Below, in pieces: positions 13,919-27,669 of a DNA stretch of 64,000 nucleotides. The notes under the pieces were generated by a model. That model saw only the letters and a list, made by a program, of their open reading frames with translations, made no database searches and was not told the origin of the DNA. Every line of letters starts with the position of its first letter. Position 1 is the first letter of the stretch. The translations under genes and the position numbers were made by a program. Origin of the DNA: Octopus vulgaris (Eukaryota). The stretch lies in contig OX597839.1 in NCBI GenBank assembly GCA_951406725.2, positions 31,682,001 to 31,746,000 of the forward strand. Reading direction: 5' to 3'.

Positions 13919-14302
13919 GTTGAAAGTATTTGTACAACAAAAAGAAGCGGAGCAACAAAGAATTAACCTATATCTAGTTTACACTTTTAATATATCAGAA
14001 TAGTCACAGGAGAAAAGGAAACTTAATAGATTTAAAAGAATTTTTATTTTACAAAACGATAATAAAAAGTATTCAATGAATTTTCATGATGTTCTGAGCA
14101 TTTCAATAAAGCTTTCTGAAGGTTAATAGTTATAATGTAAGATAATATAGACAAGCCTGCACTTAGCATCACTTTTATAATGAGGTGAACTGGCTTTGCA
14201 CCAGCGACAAAACACAACCTAGAGACAGTTTGTGTGCTTGCTTTGCTTGCTTTCTTTTTTTTTTTAAGAGATAAAAGCAATCATGACATAAAAAGAAGTG
14301 CA

Positions 14303-14335
<33 letters not shown>

Positions 14336-15490
14336 TAATAATAATAATAATAATAAAAATAATAATAATAATGATAATAATAATAATAATAATAATAAAA
14401 ATAAAAATAATAATAATGATAATAATAATAATAAAAATAATGATAATAATAATCGCATTCATTTTGAGAGGAGTGTTACATTCCCTTTTAAAGGACAAAT
14501 AGTTTGTAATGAAGTATCTGATAAATATATATAAGGTAGTTAACTCTTCTGGTGTATTCCATTTGTTGTGTTTGTGCCTAGGAGCAGGATGGTGGTGGTG
14601 GAGCAGGATGGTGGTGGTGGTGGTAAATAGGGAATTGAATTAAAATATATTTCTAGATCATTTTAGTTGAAAGTCTTCCGCTAATGGCTTATATATAAAA
14701 GACTTATCGATATAGATAGATAAAAGTAATCATCGTCTCTATCACTTGTTTTGACATTTCATCTCCATTTTAAGTGTTAATGAGGTGTTGTGGGCCGGAG
14801 GGGGGGGGGTATTAACCAATGATGTCATGAATTGGATCCTGTGTGTGTGTGTGTGTATGTGTGCGTGTGTCAGAAACAGCTCTTTAAGATACCATCTCAA
14901 CCATCTCTGAACATCCCAAGGCCAATGCAAAACACTCCTCTCAATTTTGAATTTGATTTGTTTTACTGACATTCCAAATATGACAATCCCAACTTTGCTG
15001 CCATATTATTTTCAAGATTAATTTTTTTTCCAGTATATTTCTTTCAAGACAGCAGCCTGCACTATGAAGGAGATTTGACTGTTATTTCTAACTCCTCAAA
15101 CAATCACACAGCTGTTTCTACCCAGCCCTGACAAACATAAACACTTCCAGGCACATGGAGATGAAAACACCTTCAGCACACTCATAAGTTTTGTGATTTT
15201 AAAGAGTCACATCATTCAATTTCTGCTGCCTAATTTTAAAATCAGAATACAGTGTTTTGTGAAATATCGTTGGCTTTTCATTAACTTTATTGTCTTTAAA
15301 TTCTAGCAAAACAATAAATTGACATAATTAGTGCTCACCTGTTAATTATTAAACCGATTGTTAATTACCTGTGTGTGAGACTAATATTTTGGTGATTCAA
15401 GGATGTTCTCATTCCAGCTTGAAATGTTAGTCTTGGTAAATTAGGCAGAGGAAACTGGATTCTTGAGCAATTGTAAACACCTGTGTCTAT

Positions 15491-15893
15491 AGGCACAGGT
15501 GTGACTGTGTGGTGAGAAGTTTGCTTGCCAACCTCATGGTTCTGAGTTCAGTCCCATTGCATGGCACCTTAGGCGAGTGTCTTCTACTATAGCCTCAGGC
15601 CATCCAAAGCCTTGTCAGTGGATTTGGTAAATGGAAATTGAAAGAAGCCTGTTGTATACATATGCATGTGTGTGTGTGTATTTGTGTCTGTGTCTGTCCT
15701 TCACCACTGCTTGACAATGGGTGTTGGTGTGTTTATGTCCCTGTAACTTAGCAGTCCAGCAGAAAGAGACCAACAAATTAACTCTCAGGCTTGTAAAGAA
15801 AGAAATTAGCCCTGGGGTTGGTTTGTTTAACAAGAATTCTTCAAGGCAGTGCTCCAGCATGGCTGCAGTTTAATGATTGAAACAAGTAAAAGG
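15491..15893 (+). mobile_element. tRNA-headed SINE family C, full length
   Basis: A-box-like tgactgtgtgg and B-box-like gttcagtcc; internal (TG)n; 3' tail ccagcatggctgcagtttaatgattgaaacaagtaaaag. More than 10 copies in the window. Confidence 0.85.
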
Positions 15894-16665
15894 ATAATAA
15901 AAAAAAAGATATAGTAGAGGATGTACACAATATAAAATGCAGTTTAAAATTCCCGCCAGGTTTATGACACAAACAACAGTTATATACTGGGGTGGAATCA
16001 ATTAACTGTGCTTTTTTTTTGTTCATAAACCCCTTCAAAAAGCATGAATGGAAAGAAAGGACTAAAATACAAACACTCTTTCTAATACTGGCACAAGACC
16101 TGAAGTTGTGGAGGAGGGGAAGTTGGCCCCAGCAGAATTTGAACACAGAGCATAAAGATGGAGAAAATGGTGCCAAGCAATTTGTCCAGCTTGCTAACGG
16201 TTCTGCTAGCTGACCACCTTACACTTCATAAAAACAAAACACGTTTCCTAAATATAAGACCCTGGGATCAAAGGATCCAAAACGAAGTGGAAACAGAATT
16301 AAACAAAAGATGAGTTGATAGATGGATGGGCAAATGATGATGGTGGTGGTGGTGGTGGTGGTGGTGGTAATTATGATTTGAAACAGGTTCAACTACGAGA
16401 GGCAATAATTGGAAGAAGAATATTCTAATCTGCAAACACCAATACCGTTTATGTGTGTATTGACCAGTTTTTCCATTGAAATTAGCCAATTAAAAATATA
16501 TAACATCTGATGAGACGGAAATAGATAGATTTGCTTATCTGCATTTTGCTCCAAGAACTGCAGCAATCCACAGCCAAGTGCATCATTAGCATATCATGGA
16601 TGAGTCAATAGCCCTACTAACCCTAACCAGTTTATATTGAACATTCCAACATTTCATTCTAGAAT

Positions 16666-16718
<53 letters not shown>

Positions 16719-16725
16719 TGTGTGT

Positions 16726-16764
<39 letters not shown>

Positions 16765-17051
16765 TATGTGTTCATGGATGCATATATATCCACACACACA
16801 TATACAATGCTTAAATCCATTTTATTCATGCTAGGCTGAACGGAATTGTTTTGACAGATCCTATCACACTGTGCAGGATTGCTAGAAGGGAGTGGTCACT
16901 TCTGGGTTATGTAACCATGAAGCAAAAAGGGATCCTGAGGTCAGACAGAGTTTTGTGCCTTTCCCAAAAGGAAAATATCATGGCTGACAAAAGAACTAAT
17001 CTTAAAAGTAGCCAAGTACCAATAAACAACTAAGCATTGAAGAGGTGTGTG

Positions 17052-17137
<86 letters not shown>

Positions 17138-17138
<1 letters not shown>

Positions 17139-17880
17139 TTTGGGTTGATCTTGTTATTCTGGAATTATCCATCTGGTGGATGTGAGTCAGTTTGCTTTGG
17201 TCTTCTTTGGAAAACCCAAGCATTTTTAGATTTTTATCAAATCTGTCATCACATGACCACACACCATTAGGATAATAGCTACAGATGAAAATCCTTAATT
17301 TGGATACAAAACTTCCCTGTTTGTTCACCCTACATCATAGCCATTCACATCCACCAGGCAGATAACAACCTCTGCAACTGTGCATCACTCACTGCCATGT
17401 CCCACAGAACAAGGCAAGCTCTGTCCTGATTGCACCAGATTCTTGTTTGTTTTCTTTTATTAAAATATTTCACCAATATTCCATATTTCTAAAAGTGTGG
17501 ATATTATTCTGGCTCTGATGTCGCTTTCTTAAGATCATCAGAACAACTCTTCCAATGAATAACATCGTAAATGTTATAAGCAACAATATCATGTCTCATG
17601 GAAGGGTCCTACCTAAGGGGCATTTTTGGACAATTACTGATGAAGCAAGTGATATCTTCCCTACAGCCAGGGCCCAAATGGCATTCCCTATCACATGGAG
17701 TTTGAGAAGGATCCTTACCTCGTTTATTAACCAAAAGTTCAATAACTATCTCCATTTCCTGAATAGCAAATGTATATCCTTCAGGTTGGGTTGTGATAGA
17801 TCTAAAACAGATGCAGGAGGGGCCACAGTGTCCCCGTTAATGATGTGCATAACCTGCCTCCAGCTGATGGAAGACTGAGT
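17138..17880 (-). mobile_element. Decayed RLE-type non-LTR retrotransposon (R4/Dong-like) C-terminus
   Basis: Minus strand gives ITTQPEGYTFAIQEMEI...CDRECHLGPGCREDITCFISNCPKMPLR*DPSMRHDIVA (CCHC knuckle plus RHD motif), then LVLWD...TVAEV..CLVDVN (PD-(D/E)xK nuclease region) and NLKMLGFSKEDQSKL. Confidence 0.8.
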
Positions 17881-17891
17881 TTAGTGTAGAG

Positions 17892-18204
17892 GGCACATAA
17901 AAAGCACCATCCGAACGTGGCCGTTGCCAGCGCCGCCTTGGCTGGCTTCCGTGCCGGTGGCACGTTAAAAGCTCCAACCAATCGTGGCCGATGCCGGACC
18001 CCCTGGCACCTGTGCAGGTGGCACGTAAAAAGCACCCACTACATTCGCGGAGTGGTTGGCGTTAGGAAGGGCATCTAGCTGTAGAAACTCTGCCAGATCA
18101 GACTGGAGCCTGGTGCAGCCCCTGGCTTCCCAGACCCCGGTCAAACCGTCCAACCCGTGCTAGCGCGGAAAACGGACGTTAAACGATGATGATGATGATG
18201 ATGA
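17892..18204 (+). mobile_element. RTE 3' UTR-type retroposon, young copy
   Basis: CpG-rich; ends aaacggacgttaaac(gat)n; same sequence as the 3' UTR attached to RTE coding sequence at 4872-5278. Confidence 0.85.
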
Positions 18205-18685
18205 CGAAACTGAACTGTAAAGACAGCAACTCCAGCAGTCGCTAAGTATTTACTAATATTGTTCTAAAGGCAGTAACTCAGCCAACACTCCTATTTCCCT
18301 ATCTTCACATCAACTACACCCAGTCACTGCTTTCATGCACAGACACACAGACAGACATGCACAGATATTATGTAACACACTCTTTGTTAGATCATTATGT
18401 TCCCTCAGAGGGTTATAACCTGAAGATCGTCAGAGAGTAAAGCTTTAGAAATATACTCTTAAAGGAGATGGATGCACGCACACACACACACATGCATACA
18501 CACACATATATGAGTGATCTATGTGTGTGTGTGTGTATTATATATGTATACAAACACAGCAAAGTTATGGGTTAAGAGTCCTGTTCATTGCTACAACATC
18601 AAAAGAAAAAGGGCCCAGTTTAATGTTATTTAGAACATTGAAATGAATTACAAAAATGAAATTACATCCATGTCATGCCATAGAA

Positions 18686-19060
18686 AGTGAAGAAGAAGAA
18701 GGAGGAGGAGGAGGAGGAGAAGAAGAAGAAGAAGAAGGAGGAGGAGAAGAAGAAGAAAGAGGAAGAGGTGGAGGAGAAGAAGAAGAAGAAGAAGAAGAAG
18801 AAGAAGAAAAAGAAGGAGAAGAAGAAGAAGAAGGAGAAGAAGAAGAAGAAGAAGGAGGAGAAGAAGATGAAGAAAGAGGAAGATGTGGAGGAGGAGGAGA
18901 AGAAGAAGAAGAAGAAGAAGAAAGAGGAGGAGGTGGAGAAGAAGAAGAAGAAAGAGGAGGAGGTGGAGGAGGAGGAGAAGAAGAAGAAGAAGAAGACGAA
19001 GAAGAAGAAGGAAGAAGAAGAAGAAGAAGAAGAAGGAAGAAGAAGGAAGAAGAAGGAGGA
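18686..19060. repeat. (GAA/GGA)n polypurine low-complexity tract
   Basis: Direct observation. Confidence 0.97.
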
Positions 19061-19332
19061 ATGTAATAAACACCATAAAAAGAAGAGATGAAAGAAACAA
19101 ACGAGATAATTAAGTAACAATAGTAGAAAGCCATTTAAAAAGATAACGAGAGAGAGAGAAACTTCAACATTGGAAAGTATGGGACGTAAGGGGATGAAAC
19201 TTGATCATCAGCTATTTGAGAAGAGCCCTAGTCTACCTCAAGAAATATCAGGGTGTTTGGTAGACCCTTTCCTTCCCTGTAATACGACCGACCCAAACAT
19301 CCCCCCTCCCCTTTCTGCTCCCTTCCTTATCT

Positions 19333-19710
19333 TTTTGCTTTTCCTTGTTTCAGTCATTGGACTGCGGCCATGCTGGAGCATTGCCTTGAAGGGCTTAAAT
19401 CAAACAAATCAACTGCAGTACCTTTTCTGTTTTAAGCCTGGTACTTATTCTATCAATCCCTTTTGTCAAACTGCTAAGTTACAGGAACATAGACTAACAC
19501 TGTCAAGCACTGATGGGGGACAAACGACACACACACACATATATATGATGGGCTTCTTTTAGTTTCCACTGACAAAATTCACTCACAAGACTTTGGTCGG
19601 TCTGGTGCTATAGTCGAAGATACTTGCCTAAGGGGCCACACAGTGGGACTGAAACCAGGGCCACATGGTTGGAAGAGCAAGTTCCTCAACCACACAGGCA
19701 TGCTTGTGCT
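19333..19710 (-). mobile_element. SINE family C
   Basis: Reverse complement of the 15491 copy, head to tail. Confidence 0.8.
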
Positions 19711-19991
19711 TATCTGGAATCTATTAAGCAAAGGTGTGAACGCACAGACATGCATGCATGCCTACATATATAGAGACAGGCTTCATGAACGAATGGCTAA
19801 ATAAACATGTGTGTGTGTGTGTGTGTGGTTCAACTGAATTGCAATTTTAAAAGAAGAATTAACAGGAAACTATAAAACAGCCTTTGACTTGTATACTATG
19901 ACAAATGAAGATAAGCAGAATGCTGCAAGGTAAATACAAGTGAGCAGCAATACAAAATGAATCGGAGAGAGAGAGAGACAGACAGAGAGAA

Positions 19992-20024
<33 letters not shown>

Positions 20025-20947
20025 GAGAGAGAGAAAGAGCGAGAGAGAGAGAGGGGAAGAGAAGGAGGAGGAAAACATTGAATTTGATTGAACATAACTG
20101 AAGATATGGAACCAATAACATGTTTTTCATCAATGACTCCTCCAAAGAGTCCTTTCACAAAAACATTCCTTGTCCCATTCAGAAATGTTTGTCGATTCTG
20201 CTCCCTTCAACTGTGTCCTCCCACTCACTCAAACTTCATTTCTATGGCCTCTTTCACACACTCCTTGCTTCACCTACTCTGCGTTCTCTCTGTACATATG
20301 CGTCTGTGTGTGTGTGTGTACACGTGTGTGTATGTATGTGTGCATGTGTGTGTGTGTGCATAAATTTGTGTACACATGCACAACAAAATATATGCACACA
20401 CAAAACCATACCCATTAGATTTGCATGCATACCTATGTGTGTATATATATATATATATTATTCATGTATACATACACATATTCATGCAAATAGATGCACC
20501 CACACACATATCTCTGTGCCTATGTGTGTGTGTGTGTGTATAAGTGCATGTGAGTGCTAATGTGTATATGGATTTATGTATATAAACAGAAAATGGATTT
20601 GCTATATATTTTGTATAAACATATACATACACACACTCTCACACACACAAACACACAGCAAATCCACTTTTTTTTTAGGCCGATATAAATACTTCCACCA
20701 CCACCACCACCACCATGCATAAATCTAAAGCATTAATCTGCTATATTCCTGTACTGTTTTATCTCAGTGTGTGTATATGAATATATAGGTTTGTTTGACA
20801 ATATTCTACTAAATGTTTATAATTATAAACACGCACGTGTTCACAATCACTTGTAAATGTAGCAACAGTTTTTTTCTTGGGCATAAGCAGATGTATACAC
20901 ACTCATGTTTGTCTGTGTTAGTCTTGTTATATATACAAACATATGTG

Positions 20948-21383
<436 letters not shown>

Positions 21384-21956
21384 GCACACATACATACACA
21401 CATATACAAACATGTATATGTATACATGTTCATAGCAGTTGGAAAGCCACATAGTTATATTTCACTTCAGTAAAGAGAAATATGATGTTTATACATATTG
21501 CTATTGAAAAAGATATTTATTTTAATATATGTGTCTTACATCGTTCTCTGTAATTACTGTATAAACATGCTAGTCTCCAGCATTCACAGGTTCACAGAAA
21601 CAAACAATAAAGCTCTGGCTGTTTTCTTTCCCCTGATTCCAGTTTGTTCAGAAATTGGGGTTTTTTTGTACGAGTATCTGTGTATAAACATGTTGCGCTT
21701 GTGATGGGGGAGACTGGGTGAGTGGTTGGACAAGAATTACAATTAAACCACATCTTCTAACTCCAGGATGCTGCTTCCTACACATGCCAACAGTATTTTC
21801 TTTAACACTACCTGGTGAATATTCTTGTTTCTTTCAGATGTTTCACACACATTTATATATATATATATATATAAACATTTATATATATATATATATATAT
21901 ATAAACATTTATACATATATATATATAAACATTTATATATATATATATATATATAT

Positions 21957-22130
21957 ATTGCTTGACAACCAATGTTGGTGTGTTTACATACCCGTAACTT
22001 AGCGGTTCGGGAAAAGAGACCAATAGAATAAATACTAAGCTTACAAAGAATAAGTCCTGGGGTTGAATTGTTCTACTAAAGGCAGTGCTCCAGCATGGCC
22101 ACAATCAAATGACTGAAACAAGTAAAAGAA
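21957..22130 (+). mobile_element. SINE family C, 3' half
   Basis: ttgcttgacaacc...aaatgactgaaacaagtaaaaga. Confidence 0.85.
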
Positions 22131-22849
22131 TATATATATACATACGTATATATATATATATATATATAATCCTTAGAATTACAGCTGTTTAACAGCTTTC
22201 ATCATGTAACAATAATTTCAGTGTAAAATAAATTATTTCACATGCCTGCATTAATATGCATGCTAGCCATGATAGCCACATGATTCTATGAATCCATATA
22301 TTACACAACAAGGTGTGTGTGTGTGTGTGCGTGCATGCATGTGCATGAGATTGTGTGTGTGTGTGTGCATGCATGCATATGCATATGTGTGTACGCATGA
22401 GTGCATATGTGTGTGAGTGTGTGTACATGTAGGAGAAACATGTAATAATTCTATGAAAATTTCTTCAGACAGAGAATCTAATAATACCATGATATTATTT
22501 GATTCTGTCGGATGGATTTTCTAATAAGAGATTTATTACATGTTTCTTATACATGTGCAATTTTGTAATTCCTATTAGCAAATGAAACACGTGTAATGGG
22601 AAACAAACAATACCAAAAATTTTTTCCAATCTCCTGTTTTGGTATATAATTACTCATCAAAAAATATTTCCCAGAATGTTCAACTCTTATGCTTACCTCA
22701 CACAAATATAGCATCTACACACGGATTTGGAATTCTAGAATAAACAGATGTGCTTCAAGAGGACACAGCTGGGATTTTAACCCTGTCTACATAATATGCT
22801 ATATGACTGTGTGTCTCTAAGCCAAGAAGCAAGTCTCTACATTGTCTTA

Positions 22850-23205
22850 CAACCTGCTAGAAATAGCAACGAAACTTTAGATAATTCCACTGTGCTATAG
22901 AAAAAAGAAAAACATAGGATAATGTAGTTGTTGATATCCTTAAAAAGCCAGAAGAGCAATGAACATAGGTTCACTCAGTGAGGATTGGCCTGGGGCTAAA
23001 CAGCAATAGCAACATAACTGATGAGCAGGCAAGAAGTCTCTACATCGTCACTTGATCAGCTACAAATAACAGCAAGATTTCCTTCAAATCTCACACAACT
23101 GTCTTTAAAAACAAGAAAAGGATACCATGGATAATATAGGGAGATAACCCTAAAAAGGAGCTGCCATGGCTGGAATTAAAAGCTCATCAAGGCTTTTAAA
23201 CAACG
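22850..23205 (+). mobile_element. Two tandem copies of an old SINE-like repeat (ctgctagaaatagcagccaaat family)
   Basis: Same motif and ggggctaaacaac tail recur at ~895-1060, 10470-10720, 30940, 40200-40370(-), 43660-43800(-), 43900-44080, 57560-57730 and 63490-63560. Confidence 0.6.
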
Positions 23206-24064
23206 ACAATGAATATATTTCTAATATTCAATTGCGGGTATAAATAATCTTTAGAAAATATTGACTGAGACAGAATAAATCACCTGACAGGAAAAAAAAA
23301 CTGAAGTATTAGCGATAAATTAAGACAGCATTTACAAGAGACAGAAAGAAAACTATAGGTTTTAATAGATTAGGAAATTGCACACACTCACACACACCCT
23401 GGCTGACTAAATGAGTGCTCAACACTGGGAGACGGGTAAATAATTCTTATAAATAGAATTTATGTCAATGTTTTTGAAATGTCATCTTTAATGGTGGAAT
23501 GTCATCTGTTATTTGAATCCGGATTGAAAAACTGATGATTTTTATCAGCATGAAAACCTTGGCTTCCAGAAAGTTAACAAATTCTATTAAAAGAATACAC
23601 ACACACACACACACACTAATGTAAACTGTGCATATAAATATACATATAGATTTATAGTTAAATACACACACACCCAAGTCTTATCTGGTCTCTCATTGAT
23701 GACTTATGACTGTAACCTTTACACAAATTTATCAATGTGCACAAGTTTCAGGTAGAATTTTTTTTTTAAATCAGTTAATTCTGACCTAAATTTACACAGA
23801 AGAGTGAAATTGTTTCCAAACAGACTTTGAAGAAGACTATACACAATAATATAAAATACATTTTCCTTTGATAATCAGCTTCAGTCTCTGAAACAGATTT
23901 TTATCTCTAAACATAACTAAATCTGAAAATACTGGGGCCGTAATAGCATATCACCTAGCTATGTATGAAGACTTAGAAATAGAAGTAAAAAGACCAGATG
24001 TCAATGTAAAGAATCTTGAAGCAAAAAAGGGACACTGTCTCCCTGCATTCCTTGTTTTTAGTTT

Positions 24065-24400
24065 CAAGATGCATGTTGTGGATGCTCTGGAATGTATTAT
24101 CAGTCATGTTTCTGGGGTCTCACAGTGTTCTGGGTCTTTCAACATCAGACCCCTTACTCAGTTGACCCAGCTGGCGCTGATCGAGTCCCAGCCAGTAACC
24201 CAATAACAGCAAGCTACTGGTCTGCCCCTTTTATCCAAAGCCTTCTCTACAGCATCAGCAATGAAATTTCTAACGACCACCCCCCCCACACTTTGGTGCA
24301 GCAGTAATTCCAAGCTCAGTCAGAGCTTTGCAGAACGAATGCCCCACAAAACTCCAGCAGCCCACTTCAACCATCTCATGATGTGCCTGCCAGCACCACC
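24065..24400 (-). mobile_element. HERO-like RLE non-LTR retrotransposon 3' end
   Basis: Minus strand gives AHHEMVEVGCWSFVGHSFCKALTELGITAA...ADAVEKA/LWIKGADQ, similar to the EVGCRGF...LGI.G...AEKASRWLW.KR C-terminus. Its 3' UTR is homologous to 53430-53575. Confidence 0.8.
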
Positions 24401-25724
24401 CCCCATCTTAGTAGAGATACAAATATCTCTTCAAAGTAACTACAGAGTAAATATTTATAATTATTAAACTGAAGCAAATTAAAGACAGGCACAAATGTAG
24501 AAACGGACAATGCAGTTGGATTTGCCCAGCTCCGAATAAATATAAAGGCAGAACAGTATTGTTACACACACAGAGTAGGTTTCATCTGTATGAGGCTGGA
24601 ATTACAATAAAACGGTGAACAGACGTACAAAATGGGAAAAAAAAAAACTACACAAACAGCTTAATGCTGCTCCGAACTACCCCCACCCCCACCTCCCCCA
24701 CCGCCCGTAAAGCTAGAGTACATGAAGCTATCTTGGTCTTTCCATACAATAGAAACATACAATAGTTTATCATTATTATTTTAATGTCTGGTTTTTCGAC
24801 ACTGGCTTTGCTTGTTTTTATGATTGAATGTGAACAATAACTGATTTCTTTTGACAAGGAAGCAAGATCAAACTTTTATAAGAGTGAGGTAGATTTCATA
24901 AAAACAACCACCACCATATATTGCTAGTATTTTATTCAATGTTAAATAGTACATTGTAGAGTTTGTCCCAGGAAAGCATCAAACTGTCTGAGCCGTTTCC
25001 ATTACTGCAGAAGCATAAAACAGCTTTGTTGTGAATTGTAGTGTAGTTAAAAGAAGGTTGTTTCCCAACCACATAATTCTCATTCAGTCCCACTACATGG
25101 AACCTTGGGCAAGTATTTTATACTAAAGCCTCAAGCAGAACAAAGTCCTAGAGGTGGATTTGATAGATGAAAACAGAAAGAAGCCCATCATTTGTCTGTG
25201 GGGAGCGGGGGGGGGGGGGGCATAGCCTTAACATCACATGATTGCTGTAAACTAATGTGATTTGTTTCTAAGCTTGAGGAATCCTCTGGCCACAGGGAAA
25301 TATTGCCTTACTTGAAAATGGAAATAAATAAGGGTTGATGACAGGAAGGGCATCCAGCCATAGAAAATCTGCCTCAACACATCCTCTCCCACCCCTGAAG
25401 CCATGAAAAGGTGGACATTAAAACGATGATGATGATGATGTGGTTACACATGATTAACTCAGTCCCACTATTTTAATTCATTGATGAGGGATGCAACAAA
25501 ACAAACCCAAAACCCAAGTATGGATGCCTTCAACTCTAAGGCTATTTTCTATTAATGGTCTTTAGTCTACGTCTGAAGACAGTCATTGAAAGAAAGGAAT
25601 GGAGTCAACTGCCTCAATCCAAACATGTTACCCTTTTTTAGTTTATCAAATCTGACCGGATGAAATACAAAATCTGACCCTGAACAGAATTAACACCAGA
25701 ACAACATAACTAAATGCTGTGGGG

Positions 25725-26412
25725 GTAATGGCCCTTATCTTTGTTTGCACCATGGACTGGTTTCATGGAAGACAATTTTTCCACAGACTGGAGGATGAAA
25801 TGCATAACAAAACACAATAAAATGCATTATATATAATTTAATTATTACATATATTTTACACACATAATGGTTTCAAATTTTGGTTGGCACAAGGGCAGCA
25901 ATTTCGGGGTGGGTAGGAGGAGCTGAGTTGATTACATCAACCCCAGTGCTTGACCGGTATTTATTTTATCTGGCATGTAAAAAGCACCCACTACACTCAC
26001 GGAGTGGTTGGCGTTAGGAAGGGCATCCAGCTGTAGGAACATTGCCAGATAAGACCGGAGCCTGGTGCAGCCTTCTGGCTTCCCAGATCCCCGGTCGAAC
26101 CGTCCAACCCATGCTAGCATAGAGAACGGACGTTAAACGATGATGATGAACTCCAAAAGGATGAAAAGTAAAGTTGACCTTCATGGAATTTGAACTCAGA
26201 ACACAAAGACAGACGAAATGCTGCTAAGCATTTTGCCTGGCATGCTAACCATTCTGCCATCTCACCACTTTTGACATCTATAATGTAAAAGCACCCTACA
26301 GACTGTGGTGGTCAATAAAATGGAAATGAATTTTAAAGTTTATTCCTTTTGTGTGGCCTGGTCCCAAATGATTCCTGGCTCAGTACTGTCACCTGGTAGC
26401 TGGAGACCCTTG
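25725..26412. mobile_element. hAT (Charlie3/MER1-like) non-autonomous element containing nested SINE B and an RTE-UTR copy
   Basis: Near-identical 8-bp flanks ctgtgggg (25717-24) and ctgtaggg (26413-20); ggactggtttcatggaagacaattttt internal motif. SINE B (~25870-26270, minus) is itself split by an RTE-UTR copy (25970-26148, plus). Confidence 0.55.
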
Positions 26413-26685
26413 CTGTAGGGCATTCATTTCCATACTCTACTATTGATCATTTCCAATAATAACAGAGAGGAGGACCCAAGGAATTTCCGTGTTTTAGAAA
26501 TGCTTAATCTGTTTCGATTCTGATGTCTAAATTTATATCCATCCTCACAACATCTCACTTCTTTGTGGTAAAAATTCCAATTCTGTCTTCAGTTTCGTTC
26601 CTTAGTTACGATTGTTTAAAGAGTAACACTCAAGCAGACAAATGTCATAACAAGCAGAGAATTACCAGAGATGTCAACAACAATC

Positions 26686-27183
26686 AGGGTGGTGGTGGTG
26701 GTGGTGGTGGTGGTGATGGTGGTGGTGGTGGTGGTGGTAGTGATGGTGGTGGTGATGGTGGTGGTGGTGGTGGTGGTGGTGATGGCGGTGGTGGTGGTGG
26801 TGGTGGTAGTGATGGTGGAGGTGATGGTGGTGGTGGTGGTGATGGTGGTGGTGGTAGTGATAGTGGTGGTGGTGGTGGTGATGGTGACAAAAATAATGAT
26901 GATGTTGATGGTGTTGATGATGATGAGGGAGGTGGTGGTGATATGGAATGGTGGTGGTGGTGAGGATAGTGATTATGATGGTGTTGATAGTGGTGGTGGT
27001 GGTGGTGTGGTGATGATGATGTTGATGGTGTTGATGATGATGAGGGAGGTGGTGGTGATATGGAATGGTGGTGGTGGTGAGGATAGTGATTATGATGGTG
27101 TTGATAGTGGTGGTGGTGGTGGTGGTGAGAGTGATGCTGATATTGATGATGGTGGTGGTGGTGGTGGTGGTGGTGGTGATGAT
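26686..27183. repeat. (GGT/GAT)n low-complexity tract with an internal ~115-bp duplication
   Basis: Direct observation; gatatggaatggtgg... occurs twice. Confidence 0.95.
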
Positions 27184-27637
27184 GGAAATCTAACAACTGT
27201 GTGGAGATGGAAGTGGTAATTGAGATAGGAAAGTAAAAAAATAAAATCTATAACTCTATTCTCCCCCCCCCCCACCTCCACCCCTCTCTCAGTTCTTCCT
27301 TTCATCAGTCCAGTTTACTACTAGTGTTGTTGTTGTTGTTGTTGATAATATCGAGCTGTTAACTGTACAAACACCAATCGGTACCAATAAGACTAAAGTG
27401 ACAGCTAAAAACTACTTCAGCCCCTCTCTCTCCCCAAACTACATTTTTACCATCTACACACACACACACACACACACACAATGACACACACACACATTGA
27501 CACACACACACATACATATTGACACACACACACACACACACGCACAATGACACACACACACACACACAGACAATAAAAAAGCACACAAAACAACAAAAAG
27601 AAACAGAAGTTCAGAATCACAAACAAGCAGATACATT

Positions 27638-27669
<32 letters not shown>

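Noticed and set aside
16508-16530. CTGATGA gacg GAAA
   Set aside because: Only 4 nt between the core strands, so stem II cannot form.
18648-19134. Six overlapping long ORFs (poly-E/K/R/L/S/F)
   Set aside because: Translations of a (GAA/GGA)n tract that lacks stop codons; no evidence of coding.
24120-24156. ctgatgttgaaagaccc in the HERO-like 3' UTR
   Set aside because: The core reads CUGAUGU and lies inside a simple gggtct/agaccc hairpin; not a hammerhead.
26523-27305. Gly-rich, His-rich or Pro-rich ORFs
   Set aside because: (GGT/GAT)n low complexity, open in several frames on both strands, with no convincing splice or domain evidence.
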